Positions 26,751-37,138 are shown, numbered from the stretch's first letter. The stretch: 64,000 bases of DNA from an uncultured Nitrososphaerota archaeon (GCA_964594835.1 CAZQNA010000005.1:85419-149418), one strand, 5' to 3'. The notes: generated by a model from the sequence alone, not told the origin. Made by a program: numbers and translations.

Positions 26751-28213
26751 TCACTTCTGCCTCCGCGGGGGAGGACCGACAGGCCGGAGTCTCACGTAGG
26801 TAGAGTTGAAGGTGCTTCCCTCACCTATCGCCTGCTTCTCCCTGCTCATTAGGTCGTTGACGAATCTCCCTGCGAGCCTGCCGGATCTCCTGACCCAGGC
26901 CACACCGGGGGAGAGGGACGCATCCACCCTCACGCGGCCCACTGCCCTCCCCCCGGCCGAGGACTCAATCACGGCCAGATCCCCATCCCTCAGCCCCCAA
27001 TCGGGTCGCGTCCTCGGGGCTCAAGTGGACGGCATCCTCGGCTGGCTCGTACTCGTCCTGGGTTCCGGTCGCGGACGGGATTGAGCTGGAGATCAGCCTC
27101 AGCGGGAATCCCCCTGGGGGTTCCTCCCGGCAATCGACGGGAAGTGGAGACATGCCCAGTCGTTCTGCGGCCGAACTCCAGAACTCAACCTTCCCGGAGG
27201 TGGTCTGATAACGATCCTTTGGCGGATAGACCAGCCTCACGATCCCCTCCTCCTTCAGAGAGTCCAGCCCACCCGGCAGCATCAGGCTCGACCCCAAGGC
27301 CCTTCTGAGAGCCTCCTAGGGACTTTCGCGGACCCACGGGGCTTCGATTCCCAACTCCTCAGCTATCCTGGCGGCGACCCACCAGTTCGGCCTGCTCTCC
27401 CCCGCGGGCCCTACGGCGGGCTCGCTCAGGCCTACGTAGGGGTGCCACCAGCTCGCCACCACGTCGAGGTGCTCGAACATGCTGGTTACGGGGAGCACGA
27501 TGTCTGCGAGCCCCGCGGTCTCCGTCCAGAACACTCCGTGGATCACGACGAACAGGTCGTCCCTCAGGAGCCCCCTCCTGAAGAGGTCCGACCTGGGCGC
27601 CGTCCTCGCCGGGTTGGAGCCGTACACGTAGAGGAACTTGAACCGGCCCGACGCCAGGAGAGGCCCCACGTCGAGCAGGTTCACGGTGCCCGAGGGCCTG
27701 CCCAGCCCCTCCCTCTAGGTAGGCCGTGTCGAAGTCCCTCGTGGAGTTGCAGAAGAAGAACCCCCTGTGGACGCCCACCAGGGCGGGTATCAGGGACACG
27801 GCCCTGACGGCCTCGGCCCCGCACCTGGTCTTCTGCATACCCACCCCGATGTAGGTCACGCTCGGCCTCCTCTCGAGGTAGTCCGCCGCCATCTCCATCT
27901 GAACGCGGGCGGGAACCCCCGTGATGGACTCCACCCTCTCCGGCGGGTACCGTGAGATCAGGTCGGCGTACCTCTCGAAACCCGAGGTGAACCTCTCGAT
28001 GAACTCCCAGTCCGGCCCCAGCTCGTTCACGATGACCCAGGATATCCCGAGGGCGAGGGGGACGTCGGTCCTCGGCCGGGGCCTGACGTGCCTCCCCAGC
28101 AATGCGGTCGGCGTCCTCCTCGGGTCCACGACCCTGTCCCCCTCCACCCTCGCCAAGAGGCCACATCCGTCGGGGCAGTCTCTCTGACAGATCACTCTCC
28201 GCCAGTCTTCCAT
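26751..28213 (-). pseudogene. Disrupted molybdopterin (bis-MGD) oxidoreductase
   Basis: Four collinear fragments: CQRDCPDGC, VDPRRT, GSNPA..TETAGLADIVLP, TTSGKVEF and the molydop-binding tail. Large in-frame deletion, two frameshifts and an in-frame TAG at 27316-27318. Confidence 0.85.
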
Positions 28214-28268
28214 TCAGCCGGCCCAGGAGCGAACCTCTTAATAATGTAAGGAGGCTCGAAGGCCCGCT

Positions 28269-29141
28269 GTGACCGAAGGCCCGTCGAGGCTCGACCCCAG
28301 GGCGGCGCTGGCCGTGGCCGTCCCAGCGGTCTCCTCGGCCAGCGTCCTCATTAAGCTGAGCGAGGCCCCTGCCCTGGCGATAGCTGCGAACAGGCTGCTG
28401 ATCGCGGCGGCGGTCATGCTGGTGGCCTCAGCCCCCTCGCTGGGTCCCTCCCTGGGCGACATGAGGAGGCTGGCCTTCCCTCTGCTGGCCTCGGGGGCGG
28501 CTCTCGCGGTACACTTCGCAGCCTGGGTGACCTCCCTCAAGTATACGTCTGTAGCCGTGAGCATAGTCCTCGTGGACTCCGCGCCGATGTTCGCCGCCGT
28601 CCTTGGGTGGAGCCTCCTGGGAGACAGGTTGACGGCTCGGGAGGCTGTCGGGATCGGGTTGGGGATCCTGGGCGCCGCCGCCATAGTTGGGGAGGCCAGA
28701 AGGCTCACGCAGAGGGACCTGATCGGCGCGGCCATGGCGCTGGCCGGCGCCGTCGCCCTGGCCGTGTACCTGGTGGCCGGCAGGTCCGTCAGGAGGAGCC
28801 TGGGCACCCTCCCATACGCCGCCTCCGTCTACGCCGTCTCCGGGCTCGCACTCGGGGGTGCCGCGGCGCTCGCCGGGCAGCCGCTGGCGGGGTACCCGGC
28901 GAGGGAGTACGCCATATTCCTCGCCCTGGCCCTGGGCCCCTCGTGCGTCGGACACACGCTCTACAACTACGCCCTGAGGTACGTCAAGGCCCACGTGGTC
29001 TCCCTGGCGATACTCATGGAGCCAGTGGGGGCCACCCTCATGGCCTGGGCGGTGCTGGGCGAGGTTCCCTCTCTCAGGGTGGTCGCGGGCGGGGCCCTCC
29101 TGCTGACCGGGGTTGCGATGGCCACCGCGGAGTCGAGTTGA
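28269..29141 (+). CDS. EamA/DMT family permease
   Basis: About 10 TM helices; HFAAWVTSLKYTSVA, GHTLYNYAL, MEPVGA. Confidence 0.88.
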   Translation: MTEGPSRLDPRAALAVAVPAVSSASVLIKLSEAPALAIAANRLLIAAAVMLVASAPSLGPSLGDMRRLAFPLLASGAALAVHFAAWVTSLKYTSVAVSIVLVDSAPMFAAVLGWSLLGDRLTAREAVGIGLGILGAAAIVGEARRLTQRDLIGAAMALAGAVALAVYLVAGRSVRRSLGTLPYAASVYAVSGLALGGAAALAGQPLAGYPAREYAIFLALALGPSCVGHTLYNYALRYVKAHVVSLAILMEPVGATLMAWAVLGEVPSLRVVAGGALLLTGVAMATAESS

Positions 29142-29154
29142 CCTCGGCGGTGCC

Positions 29155-29565
29155 TCACTTGCCCAGCGCCTTCCTGACGGCCTCGACGTAGTTCTCGATG
29201 CTCCCCCACTGCTTGAGGAAGGAGTCCATTATGTCGTAGCCGTACCTCCTCTTGAACTCCTCCCTACCCTCCTCGGTCATGTCGGCCGGCGTCCAGGGCG
29301 GGAAGTCCTCGTATACGAGCTCAACCTCTCCCTCGCCGCCGACCACGGCCTCAACGGCCCTCTTGATCAGGGAGGAGAGCATCTGGGCGAGCGGACAGCC
29401 GGGGGCCGTGAGGGTGTACCTGACCCTGACGACGGTCGATCCGTCCCGCTCCTCGACCGAGACCTCCCTTATCAGGCCCAGATCCACGATGTTTATCGGT
29501 ATCTCGGGGTCGTAGACACCCCTGAGGGCGGTTAAGACCTTGAGCCTCATCTCCTCGGCGCTCAA
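29155..29565 (-). CDS. DUF59/SufT metal-sulfur cluster assembly factor
   Basis: VYDPEIPINIVDLGLI, TLTAPGCP, PPWTP. Confidence 0.9.
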   Translation of the reverse strand: MSAEEMRLKVLTALRGVYDPEIPINIVDLGLIREVSVEERDGSTVVRVRYTLTAPGCPLAQMLSSLIKRAVEAVVGGEGEVELVYEDFPPWTPADMTEEGREEFKRRYGYDIMDSFLKQWGSIENYVEAVRKALGK

Positions 29566-29613
29566 GAGATCACCCGAGCCCGGTTGGCACCACCCGCTAA
29601 TTAACGCGACCGC

Positions 29614-30981
29614 TCACTCCACCGTCGACAGCAGTAGCCTCCCCCTGGCGGTTATCGAGTACATCACCCTCGACCTCCCGCTCTTGGACACTGTCTGGAC
29701 CCTCGCTATGGCCCCCATCTCCTCCAGCGCCTTCAGGTGCTGGTAGACTGCTGGCAGGGAGATCTCCACGCCGGCATCCCTGAGCCTCCTCCAGATCTCG
29801 TACCCGTGAAGCCTACCCGACGTGAGCATCCTCAGTATGGCGGTCTTGGTCCTGCCGAGCGGCCGCCCCGGCCCCTCCCCCCTCACGTAGGCGTCGGCCA
29901 GGTGGAGCCTCTCCAGCTCCCTCACGGCTGCGGTCGGGTCCTTGAGGCCAGAGCCCGTCACCACCAGGACGACGGTGTCTGAGGGCGACAGCTCCCCCTC
30001 CACCCTGAGCCTCTCGGCGGCGGCGAGGGTGGAGGCGGCCGCGGGCTCGGCGAATATCCCCTCCGCCCGCGCCAGCTTCCTGGATGCCTCCAGCATCTCC
30101 TCGTCCCCCACGGTGATCAGGTCGCCCCCGCTCTCTCTAACCGCCCTCTTGGCCTGGCTCAGCCGATCCGGCTCAGGAAAGTGCAGGTCTAGGGCCACGG
30201 CGCTCTCCTCGGTGGGTCTCACTCCGTAGAGGCGCACTCCCTCCCTCTTGGTGAGTCCCAGCTCCCTCGCCTCCCCTATGCCCTTCCAGACGGCCGTCAT
30301 CAGGGAGCCGCTCCCGACCGGCAGTATCATGGCGTCTGGCTCGGACCACCCCAGCGACTCCAAGACCTCAAGGGACAGGGTCTTCTCACCCTCAACCAGG
30401 AGGGGATCCGAGTTCATGGCGGAGTAGTAGCGGGCGGGCGTTTCGAGGCGACCGTTGGGTGGGGAGACCGCCGCCCCGTAGGCGATCATCTGGTAGAGCT
30501 TCGCAGGATCGGTCGGCCCATCCACCCTGATGGCGCAGCCTATCCCGGCCCTGGCCGCGTAGGCGGCGAGGGAGGCGCCGAGGTTCCCCTTCACCTTCCC
30601 GCTCACCCCATCGTATCCCTCCTGGACGACCCTCGTGACGAGGACAGTGGAGCCCCTGTCTATGAAGCACCCCGTGGGGTTCTTCGTCTCGTCCTTCACC
30701 AGCAGCCCCTCCAGGCCCACCTCCCCTCCAAGCCTCCGACAGGCGTGGAGCCTCGTTCCCCCCTCCCCGAGCGTAATCGGGTCTCTGGACACAGGGAGCA
30801 GCTCTCTGTACCTCCACACTCCCGCGACCCTGCTGGCCAGGATCTCCGGGGTCAGCTCTCCACTCATCTCGTGGAGATCGGGAACCAGAATCAGGGGCTC
30901 ACCGCACCTCGGACAGGCGGGCTGGACCCTCTCCACCTCCCTCTCCGCCCCGCACCTGGGGCAGCGGGCCACCCATCTCAT
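29614..30981 (-). CDS. Threonine synthase-like protein (PLP lysine absent) fused to a PadR-like wHTH
   Basis: Zn-ribbon CPRC..CPRC, WRYRELLP, TLGEGGT, NPTGCFIDRG, PVGSG, AEPAAA, TGSGLKD, then HGYEIWRRL..AVYQHLKALEEMG..YSITARG. Confidence 0.85.
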   Translation of the reverse strand: MRWVARCPRCGAEREVERVQPACPRCGEPLILVPDLHEMSGELTPEILASRVAGVWRYRELLPVSRDPITLGEGGTRLHACRRLGGEVGLEGLLVKDETKNPTGCFIDRGSTVLVTRVVQEGYDGVSGKVKGNLGASLAAYAARAGIGCAIRVDGPTDPAKLYQMIAYGAAVSPPNGRLETPARYYSAMNSDPLLVEGEKTLSLEVLESLGWSEPDAMILPVGSGSLMTAVWKGIGEARELGLTKREGVRLYGVRPTEESAVALDLHFPEPDRLSQAKRAVRESGGDLITVGDEEMLEASRKLARAEGIFAEPAAASTLAAAERLRVEGELSPSDTVVLVVTGSGLKDPTAAVRELERLHLADAYVRGEGPGRPLGRTKTAILRMLTSGRLHGYEIWRRLRDAGVEISLPAVYQHLKALEEMGAIARVQTVSKSGRSRVMYSITARGRLLLSTVE

Positions 30982-31039
30982 CTCAGTTCGATACATAAGC
31001 TTACGGACTCAAATATAAGAATGCCGACTTATACATCAT

Positions 31040-31549
31040 GTGGTGTTTGGTGTGACCGGGCCGAGGAGCACGTCCGTCTGGGCAGCCTTCGCCGGGGTGG
31101 GGGCCGCGCTCGTGGCTGCCTCGACGCTGGTCGTTCAGATCCCAGTCCCGGCGACTCAGGGGTACATAAACCTCGGGGACACGATGGTGATAGCGATGGC
31201 CCTGGCCTTGGGCCCGACCATCGGCGCCTTCTGCGGCGGGGTGGGCTCGGCCCTCGCCGACCTGATATCCGGATTCGCCCACTACGCCCCCTACACACTG
31301 CTCATCAAGGGTGTCGAGGGGGCCCTCGCGGGCCTGGTCTCTGGGAGGGGCAGATGGATGGAGATTGCGGGGGCGGGGGTGGCCGTGGGCGAGATGGTCC
31401 TGGGCTACTTCACGGTCGAGGCGCTGCTCTTCGGCCCAGGGGCGGCTGTCTCAGAGCTGCCGGGCAACATAGTCCAGGCTGCCGCAGGTCTCCTCGTGGG
31501 GGTTCCGCTGTCGAGGGTAGTCAGGAGGGCCCTTGAGAGGGTGGGTTAG
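31040..31549 (+). CDS. ECF transporter S component
   Basis: IPVPATQGYINLGD, GGVGSALADL, APYTLLIKG, PGNIVQ. Confidence 0.88.
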   Translation: MVFGVTGPRSTSVWAAFAGVGAALVAASTLVVQIPVPATQGYINLGDTMVIAMALALGPTIGAFCGGVGSALADLISGFAHYAPYTLLIKGVEGALAGLVSGRGRWMEIAGAGVAVGEMVLGYFTVEALLFGPGAAVSELPGNIVQAAAGLLVGVPLSRVVRRALERVG

Positions 31550-32697
31550 CTCACCTCTCTGAGGGCCTCCTTCACCGCCCCCACGACGTACCGAACGTCC
31601 TCGTCCCCCATGCCCGGGTGAATCGGAAGAAGGACGATCCTCCTGACGAGGTCCTCCGCATTCGGGCACTCCAGCTTCCGGAAGCCTTGCCCCCTCCTGA
31701 TGAACCATAGGGGATCGAACTCCCTCCTCCCGAGCCTGCCCATCACGGGCTGCTCGTACACCGGCATCGGATAGCTGGGCCTGGCGTCGACCCCCCTGGC
31801 CTGAAGGGCCTCCACGAGTCTGTCCCTCCTCTGAACGTCGACCTTCACGGCGAACAGGTGCCACGCGTGCCTGGCCCAGGGGCGCTCGACTGGCATCTCA
31901 ATGCCCTCTAATCCCCCCAGCTCGTCCATGTAGAGCCTGGCTATCTCCCTCCTCCTCTCGTTCATCCGGTCTAGCTTCTTGAGCTGAACTATCCCGATCG
32001 CGGCCTGCAGGTCCGTCATCCTGTAGTTCATCCCGAGCGAGACGTGCAGGTACTTCGACTCCTGGCCGTGGTCCCTCAGGAGCCTGCACCTCTCGGCCAG
32101 GCCGTCGTCGCTCGTCGTCACCATCCCTCCCTCGGCCGTGGTCATGTTCTTCGTGGGGTAGAAGCTGAAGGCCGCGGCGTCTCCCAGCGAACCGATCCTT
32201 CTCCCGCGGTACTCGGCCCCGTGGGCCTGGGCTGCATCCTCCAGCACGAGCAGGTCCCGTTCACGGGCCAACTTGATGATCGGATCCATGTCGGTCGGGT
32301 GCCCGAAGAGGTGGACTGGCACTATGGCCCTCGTCGCGTCTGAGAGGCCCTCCTCGACCCTGGAGGGGTCTAGGTTGAAGGTCTCTGGGTCCACATCGAC
32401 GAAGACGGGCGTGGCTCCCGTCATGAGTATGGTTGAGGCCGTGGCGAAGAAGGTAAGCGGGGTCGTTATGACCTCGTCTCCGGGTCCGACGCCCATGGCC
32501 TGGAGGGCCACCAGCAGTGCCACGGTCCCGTTGGAGACCGCCACGCCGTGCTTGGCCCCGACGTAGGCGGTGAACCCCCTCTCCAGCTCTCTGACCCTCT
32601 CTCCCTGGGCGAGCATTCCGCTCTCTATGACCCGCTCGACCTCCCGGATCTCCTCCTCGCCGAGGGCGGGCCTCGATATGGGGATCCTCCTGGTCAT
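31546..32697 (-). CDS. DegT/DnrJ/EryC1/StrS sugar aminotransferase
   Basis: SNGTVAL, TFFAT, PVHLFG, EDAAQAHG, SFYPTKNM, EGG; start at ATG32697. Confidence 0.92.
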   Translation of the reverse strand: MTRRIPISRPALGEEEIREVERVIESGMLAQGERVRELERGFTAYVGAKHGVAVSNGTVALLVALQAMGVGPGDEVITTPLTFFATASTILMTGATPVFVDVDPETFNLDPSRVEEGLSDATRAIVPVHLFGHPTDMDPIIKLARERDLLVLEDAAQAHGAEYRGRRIGSLGDAAAFSFYPTKNMTTAEGGMVTTSDDGLAERCRLLRDHGQESKYLHVSLGMNYRMTDLQAAIGIVQLKKLDRMNERRREIARLYMDELGGLEGIEMPVERPWARHAWHLFAVKVDVQRRDRLVEALQARGVDARPSYPMPVYEQPVMGRLGRREFDPLWFIRRGQGFRKLECPNAEDLVRRIVLLPIHPGMGDEDVRYVVGAVKEALREVS

Positions 32698-32779
32698 CGC
32701 CGAGTGGGTGGCGGGGCAATAATTAAGGGCCTGACAGTCTGGAACGGGTGGATCTGTCGACGAGAGAGGGACAGGGTAG

Positions 32780-34540
32780 ATGTTCGAGCCCCACGGGGAG
32801 ATCAGGAGGCAGGTCTTCTGGAGGAGGGTCGCCGGTCTAACCAGGCGGTACGGCAAGCTTGAGCTCTCGTCGGTGGCGATAGGGGTCATGGCGGGCCTCT
32901 CCGCCGTGGCCCTGGATAAGTCCATAGAGGCGTTCCGACAGCTCCTGGAACTCATTGAGGGTCGGTGGTCCACTGGCTTCCTCGACCTCGGGTTAATCCT
33001 GGCCCCGGCGGTTGGCGGACTGATCTCAGGGGTGATCGCCTGGAGGATAGCCCCGGACGTGAGGGGGCACGGGATCCCCAACGTCCTGGAGGCCTTCCTG
33101 TTCAGGGGGGGCAGGATACCCCTAAGGGTCCCGATAGCGAGGATACTCGCCTCTGGAGCCCTGATAGGGCTCGGAGGCAGCGCGGGCAGGGAGGGGCCCA
33201 TAGGTCAGGTCGGGGCCGGACTGGGCTCCTTCGCCGGCCATGTGCTGAAGGTCCCGGCCAGGCCGAGGAAGCTCCTCCTCATAGCTGGACTCTCGGCTGG
33301 GATATCCGCGGCCTTCGACGCGCCCCTCGGGGGGGTGCTGTTCGGACTCGAGATCCTCCTGGGAGCGGTCTACTCGGTCGAGCTCATTCCCGCATTCATC
33401 GCCTCGATATCCGCGGTCTCCGTGTCCTGGACCCTCAGGAGGGCCATGCCCGTCATCCTGATCCCCGCGCACATACCCTTCCCCCACCCGGTCGAGGTGG
33501 TCGCCCTCCTCGCCGTGGGCGCCCTGGCGGCGGCCGTGGCCAGGGCCTGGGTGGACACCCTCTACGCCGTCGAGGGGAGGTTCGAGGGATGGGCCGTCCC
33601 GCCTTGGGTGAAGCCCGCCGTCGGCGGGCTGCTAAACGGCCTACTGGCCTTCTGGAGCCTCGGTTGGGGAATAATGGGGCCGGGCTTCGACGGACTCAAC
33701 AGGGTACTGGCTGGGGAGGGGTCCCTCCAACTCCTCCTAGTCCTGACGGCGATCAAGATACTCTCGACCTCCTTCTCGGTGGGATCGGGAGGGTCGGGGG
33801 GGATATTCACCCCGACCCTGTTCATCGGGGCCACCTCCGGCGCGCTGGTGGGGAAGATCCTCAACGCCGTCGCCCCCACGGTGTTCCGCACCCCTGAGAT
33901 GTTCGCCCTGGCGGGGATGGCGGCCACATTCGCCGCCGCCGTGAGGGCCCCCCTCACGGCGGTGGTGATAATAACCGAGCTGGGGAGGAACTACAGGCTG
34001 ATTCCATCCCTACTGGCGTCCTGCTCGACGGCATACTTCCTCTCGCTCATACTGATGGAGAGCACCATCTACACGAGGCGGATTGAGGAGAGCGGGAAGA
34101 AGGTCCCCGTGGTAGGCTTGGAGGTGCTCGACAGGCTCAAGGTATCCGACGCGATGGTCAGGGAGGTGGTGACGGTGGGTCCTGACCTCTCGCTCAAGGA
34201 GCTCCACGAAGTCATGCTCAGGACCCACCACATGGGGTTCCCGGTCGTCGACCGCCAGGGCAGGCTCGTGGGGATGATCGCCTTCGCCGACCTGAGGAGG
34301 GTTCACCCGAGCCACTGGGACCGGGTCAGGGTCCGAGACGTGATGAACAGGCGTCCCGTAACGGCTTCTCCAGAGGAATCGGTTCACGACGCCCTGCTCA
34401 AGATGCTGAGGTGCGACGTGGGCAGGCTCCCAGTCGTCGAGGGGGGCAGGCTCGTCGGGATACTCACCAGGACCGACGTGGTGAAGGCGTACGAGAGGGC
34501 GGTCCTGATGAAGGACCTGGAGGAGGCCGCCAGGATGTAG
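32780..34540 (+). CDS. CLC chloride channel/antiporter with CBS pair
   Basis: GHGIP, GREGP, GGIFTP, plus two CBS domains. Confidence 0.92.
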   Translation: MFEPHGEIRRQVFWRRVAGLTRRYGKLELSSVAIGVMAGLSAVALDKSIEAFRQLLELIEGRWSTGFLDLGLILAPAVGGLISGVIAWRIAPDVRGHGIPNVLEAFLFRGGRIPLRVPIARILASGALIGLGGSAGREGPIGQVGAGLGSFAGHVLKVPARPRKLLLIAGLSAGISAAFDAPLGGVLFGLEILLGAVYSVELIPAFIASISAVSVSWTLRRAMPVILIPAHIPFPHPVEVVALLAVGALAAAVARAWVDTLYAVEGRFEGWAVPPWVKPAVGGLLNGLLAFWSLGWGIMGPGFDGLNRVLAGEGSLQLLLVLTAIKILSTSFSVGSGGSGGIFTPTLFIGATSGALVGKILNAVAPTVFRTPEMFALAGMAATFAAAVRAPLTAVVIITELGRNYRLIPSLLASCSTAYFLSLILMESTIYTRRIEESGKKVPVVGLEVLDRLKVSDAMVREVVTVGPDLSLKELHEVMLRTHHMGFPVVDRQGRLVGMIAFADLRRVHPSHWDRVRVRDVMNRRPVTASPEESVHDALLKMLRCDVGRLPVVEGGRLVGILTRTDVVKAYERAVLMKDLEEAARM

Positions 34541-34558
34541 CGGAGGGCAGGGGTCCAG

Positions 34559-35731
34559 TTGAGGGTGCGCCTGCTCTCTGTTACCCTCCCGGGGCTGGAG
34601 GATCTCATGGGAGAGGAGATACAGGAGATCACTGGAGAGGAGGTCAAGGGAGAGCTGCTAGGCAAGGTTTCTCTCTCGTGCGACCAAGAGGCCGCAGTAG
34701 AGCTGATCTACCTGGTCAGGTCCTCGAACAGGATACTCCTGCTCGTGGGCGAAGGCATGGTTGATCCGGGAGACCTAAGCTCAGTTGGAAAGGTGGCCAG
34801 GGAGGTGGACTGGTCAAGCTACTTCAGTCCGAGCCTCACCTTCGCCGTCAGGGCGGAGCGAACCGGAGTCCACTCCTACAGGAGTCCCCAGATAGCAGCC
34901 GAGGTTGGGGCGGCCGTCGTGGACCACTTCCTCTCCGAGCGCGGCGTAAGGATCAGGGCGAACCTGAGGGACCCGGACGTGACCGTCAGGGCCTACGTCT
35001 CGGGAGAAAGGATGCTCCTTGGAGTGGACCTCGTGGGCGAGAGCCTCCACAGGAGGGGGTACAGGGTGTACCAGCACCCGGCCTCCCTCAGCCCCGTCGT
35101 CGCGTACTCGCTGGTGAGACTCACGGGGTGGCTCTCAGAGGTCGAGAGGGACCCCTCGTCCCCCCTCGTGGACCCCATGTGCGGGGGAGGGACCATCCCC
35201 ATCGAGGCGGCCCTGGCGGCCAAGAGGATACCGCCGGGGAGGTGGAGGAGGCGACGGGGCTGGCCCTTCACCCTCCTCGCGCCCTTCAAGGGGATCGACG
35301 TAGAAGACCTCCTGGATCGGATCGACGAGAGGGCGAGGCCCGACCTCAGGGTGCATGTTATCGCCTCTGACGTGAGCCCAAAGCACGTTGCGGGTGCCGC
35401 GAGGAACGCCCTGTCCGCGGGAGTGCAGGACTCGATATCCTTCTCCGTCTTCAACGCCCGGGAGCTGCCGGAGAGGGTGAGGAGGATCGGCGCCCTGGCC
35501 ACGAACCCGCCCTACGAGCTGAGGACGGGCAGGAGGAGGGACCTAGAGGAGGCCTTCGCCGGGGTGGCCAGGGCGCTCTCAGGGGCCCTGGAGCTCAGGG
35601 CCTCCGCCATACTGGGGGGACCGGCGCTGCCCAAGTTTGAGAGGGCCATGGGGACCCTCCGCCTGGTCGAGAGGAGGAAGGTCAGGTACGGAGGGGTGCC
35701 GGTCGCAATACTGGTCTACTCCAGGCCCTGA
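34559..35731 (+). CDS. trm14: THUMP-domain RNA m2G methyltransferase (Trm14/RlmL family)
   Basis: THUMP domain, SLHRRGYRV, DPMCGGGTIPIEAA, NPPY. Confidence 0.8.
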   Translation: MRVRLLSVTLPGLEDLMGEEIQEITGEEVKGELLGKVSLSCDQEAAVELIYLVRSSNRILLLVGEGMVDPGDLSSVGKVAREVDWSSYFSPSLTFAVRAERTGVHSYRSPQIAAEVGAAVVDHFLSERGVRIRANLRDPDVTVRAYVSGERMLLGVDLVGESLHRRGYRVYQHPASLSPVVAYSLVRLTGWLSEVERDPSSPLVDPMCGGGTIPIEAALAAKRIPPGRWRRRRGWPFTLLAPFKGIDVEDLLDRIDERARPDLRVHVIASDVSPKHVAGAARNALSAGVQDSISFSVFNARELPERVRRIGALATNPPYELRTGRRRDLEEAFAGVARALSGALELRASAILGGPALPKFERAMGTLRLVERRKVRYGGVPVAILVYSRP

Positions 35732-35736
35732 ACTCG

Positions 35737-36093
35737 TCACTTGCCCGGCGGAACTGCGTGGGCCGGTATCAGGCATATGAACACCAGGTCCTCCTCCCCG
35801 TCGTTTCGGAAGGTGTGTTTAACCCCTCCTGGAATGAACAGGAACGTTCCCGGCTGGAGATCGTGCTCCTCCCCGTCTAGCGTCGCCCTCCCCCTCCCCG
35901 AGAGTATGAACACCTCGTGCTCCCACTCGTGAGAGTGAGGTGGAGCCTCGCCCCCGGGGACCATTCGGAACACCCTCATGGCGAAGTTCGGGGCCCCGTC
36001 GCCGGGGGTTATGAGCCACCTCCTGTAGAGTCCCCTGGCGGACGTGACCTCCTCCTCCGGCACCTTTCGCCAGTCTCCGACCTTTGGTCTCAC
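35737..36093 (-). CDS. Cupin_2 protein
   Basis: APNFAMRVF, PHSHEWEHE, IPGGVKH. Confidence 0.85.
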   Translation of the reverse strand: MRPKVGDWRKVPEEEVTSARGLYRRWLITPGDGAPNFAMRVFRMVPGGEAPPHSHEWEHEVFILSGRGRATLDGEEHDLQPGTFLFIPGGVKHTFRNDGEEDLVFICLIPAHAVPPGK

Positions 36094-36096
36094 GGA

Positions 36097-36549
36097 TCAC
36101 GCCCCCACGTAATCCAGCTCGAATTCGATTTCGACGCACCCCCTCAGAGTCCGGGTGAGGTGGCAGTACCTCTCGGCCAGGTCGGCCAGCCTCTCGGCCT
36201 TCTCTCTGGGAGGTCCTGCCACCCTCATGGTCACCCAGATCCGCGTTATCCTGAACCCTCCCCCCACCAGCTCGGTCCTCGTCTTCACCCTCACCGCCAG
36301 CTCCCTCAGCGGGAGCTCCATCTTCTTGGCGAACCAGATAGCGGTCGTGAGGATGCACCCGCTCATGCTGGCGGCGAAGAGATCGTCCGGGGACGGGGCC
36401 TCGTCCAGCCCGCCGAAGTCCTTTGCCATGTCTATCTCGAACCTGTCTCCCCGGGGGAGGGTGACTACGCCTCCCATCCGGCCGTTCCAGACGGCCTCAG
36501 CCTCGTACTCCATTGGACCCTCAGGCTTCTTTATCGACAGGGCTACCAC
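36097..36549 (-). CDS. OsmC/Ohr family protein
   Basis: DFGG..PSPDDLFAASMSGC, AERYCHL. Confidence 0.85.
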   Translation of the reverse strand: MVALSIKKPEGPMEYEAEAVWNGRMGGVVTLPRGDRFEIDMAKDFGGLDEAPSPDDLFAASMSGCILTTAIWFAKKMELPLRELAVRVKTRTELVGGGFRITRIWVTMRVAGPPREKAERLADLAERYCHLTRTLRGCVEIEFELDYVGA

Positions 36550-36611
36550 CCACCGGCTCCCCCTCTCCAGAAACTTAAAGAGTGTGCATGCCCTTTAGGG
36601 CGATCGCATCC

Positions 36612-37091
36612 ATGTCGTCCATGGAGATCCTCGTGGTTCTGGATGCTGACTGCTCCTCCTCGGAGGAGGTAATACGTCTGCTGGGGAAGATGCTGGAGGA
36701 GAGAGGTTACGTCAAGAGCACGTTCGTCGGGGCAACCCTGGAGAGGGAGAAGAGCGTTCCCACCGGACTCGAACTAGCCGGGGGAGTCAACGCGGCACTC
36801 CCTCACGCCGGGGTTGAGCACGTCAACCGGCCGGCCCTGGCCGTGGCCAGGCTGAGGAGGTCCGTGACCTTCCGCAGGATGGACGATCCGGAGTCCGAGG
36901 TCTCCGTCAGGCTCGTGTTCATGCCGGCCATCAAGGAACCGAGCTCCTACATCAAGACCCTGATGAGGCTAGTCGACGTCTTCAAGGACCCGGAGGTGAT
37001 GTCGGCCCTGATGAGGGCCCGCACCGAACAGGAAGTCGTTGAGATCCTGAGGGAGAGGCTCTCGGCCCCTGAGGGCTCGGGGGAGCCTTAG
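36612..37091 (+). CDS. gatA: PTS enzyme IIA (Fru/Mtl/Gat-type)
   Basis: REKSVPTGL, ALPHA (phospho-His), FRRMDDP. Confidence 0.88.
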   Translation: MSSMEILVVLDADCSSSEEVIRLLGKMLEERGYVKSTFVGATLEREKSVPTGLELAGGVNAALPHAGVEHVNRPALAVARLRRSVTFRRMDDPESEVSVRLVFMPAIKEPSSYIKTLMRLVDVFKDPEVMSALMRARTEQEVVEILRERLSAPEGSGEP

Positions 37092-37104
37092 AAAGGTTAT
37101 TAAG
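37091..37104 (+). promoter_or_regulatory. BRE/TATA box upstream of IIB
   Basis: GAAAGGTTATTAAG about 35 nt before ATG37139. Confidence 0.6.
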
Positions 37105-37138
37105 TATGATAGTCTGTTGGTGGGAGCTGGGGGAGCCC

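Noticed and set aside
27316-27318. In-frame TAG as possible pyrrolysine/readthrough
   Set aside because: The same gene has a deletion and two frameshifts, and no pyl genes are seen; decay is the simpler explanation
32698-33201. Long N-terminal extensions of DegT (also nth, metallophosphoesterase, GT2, NagD, TlpA, CBS)
   Set aside because: They run antisense through neighbouring divergent genes; family homology starts at the downstream codons used here
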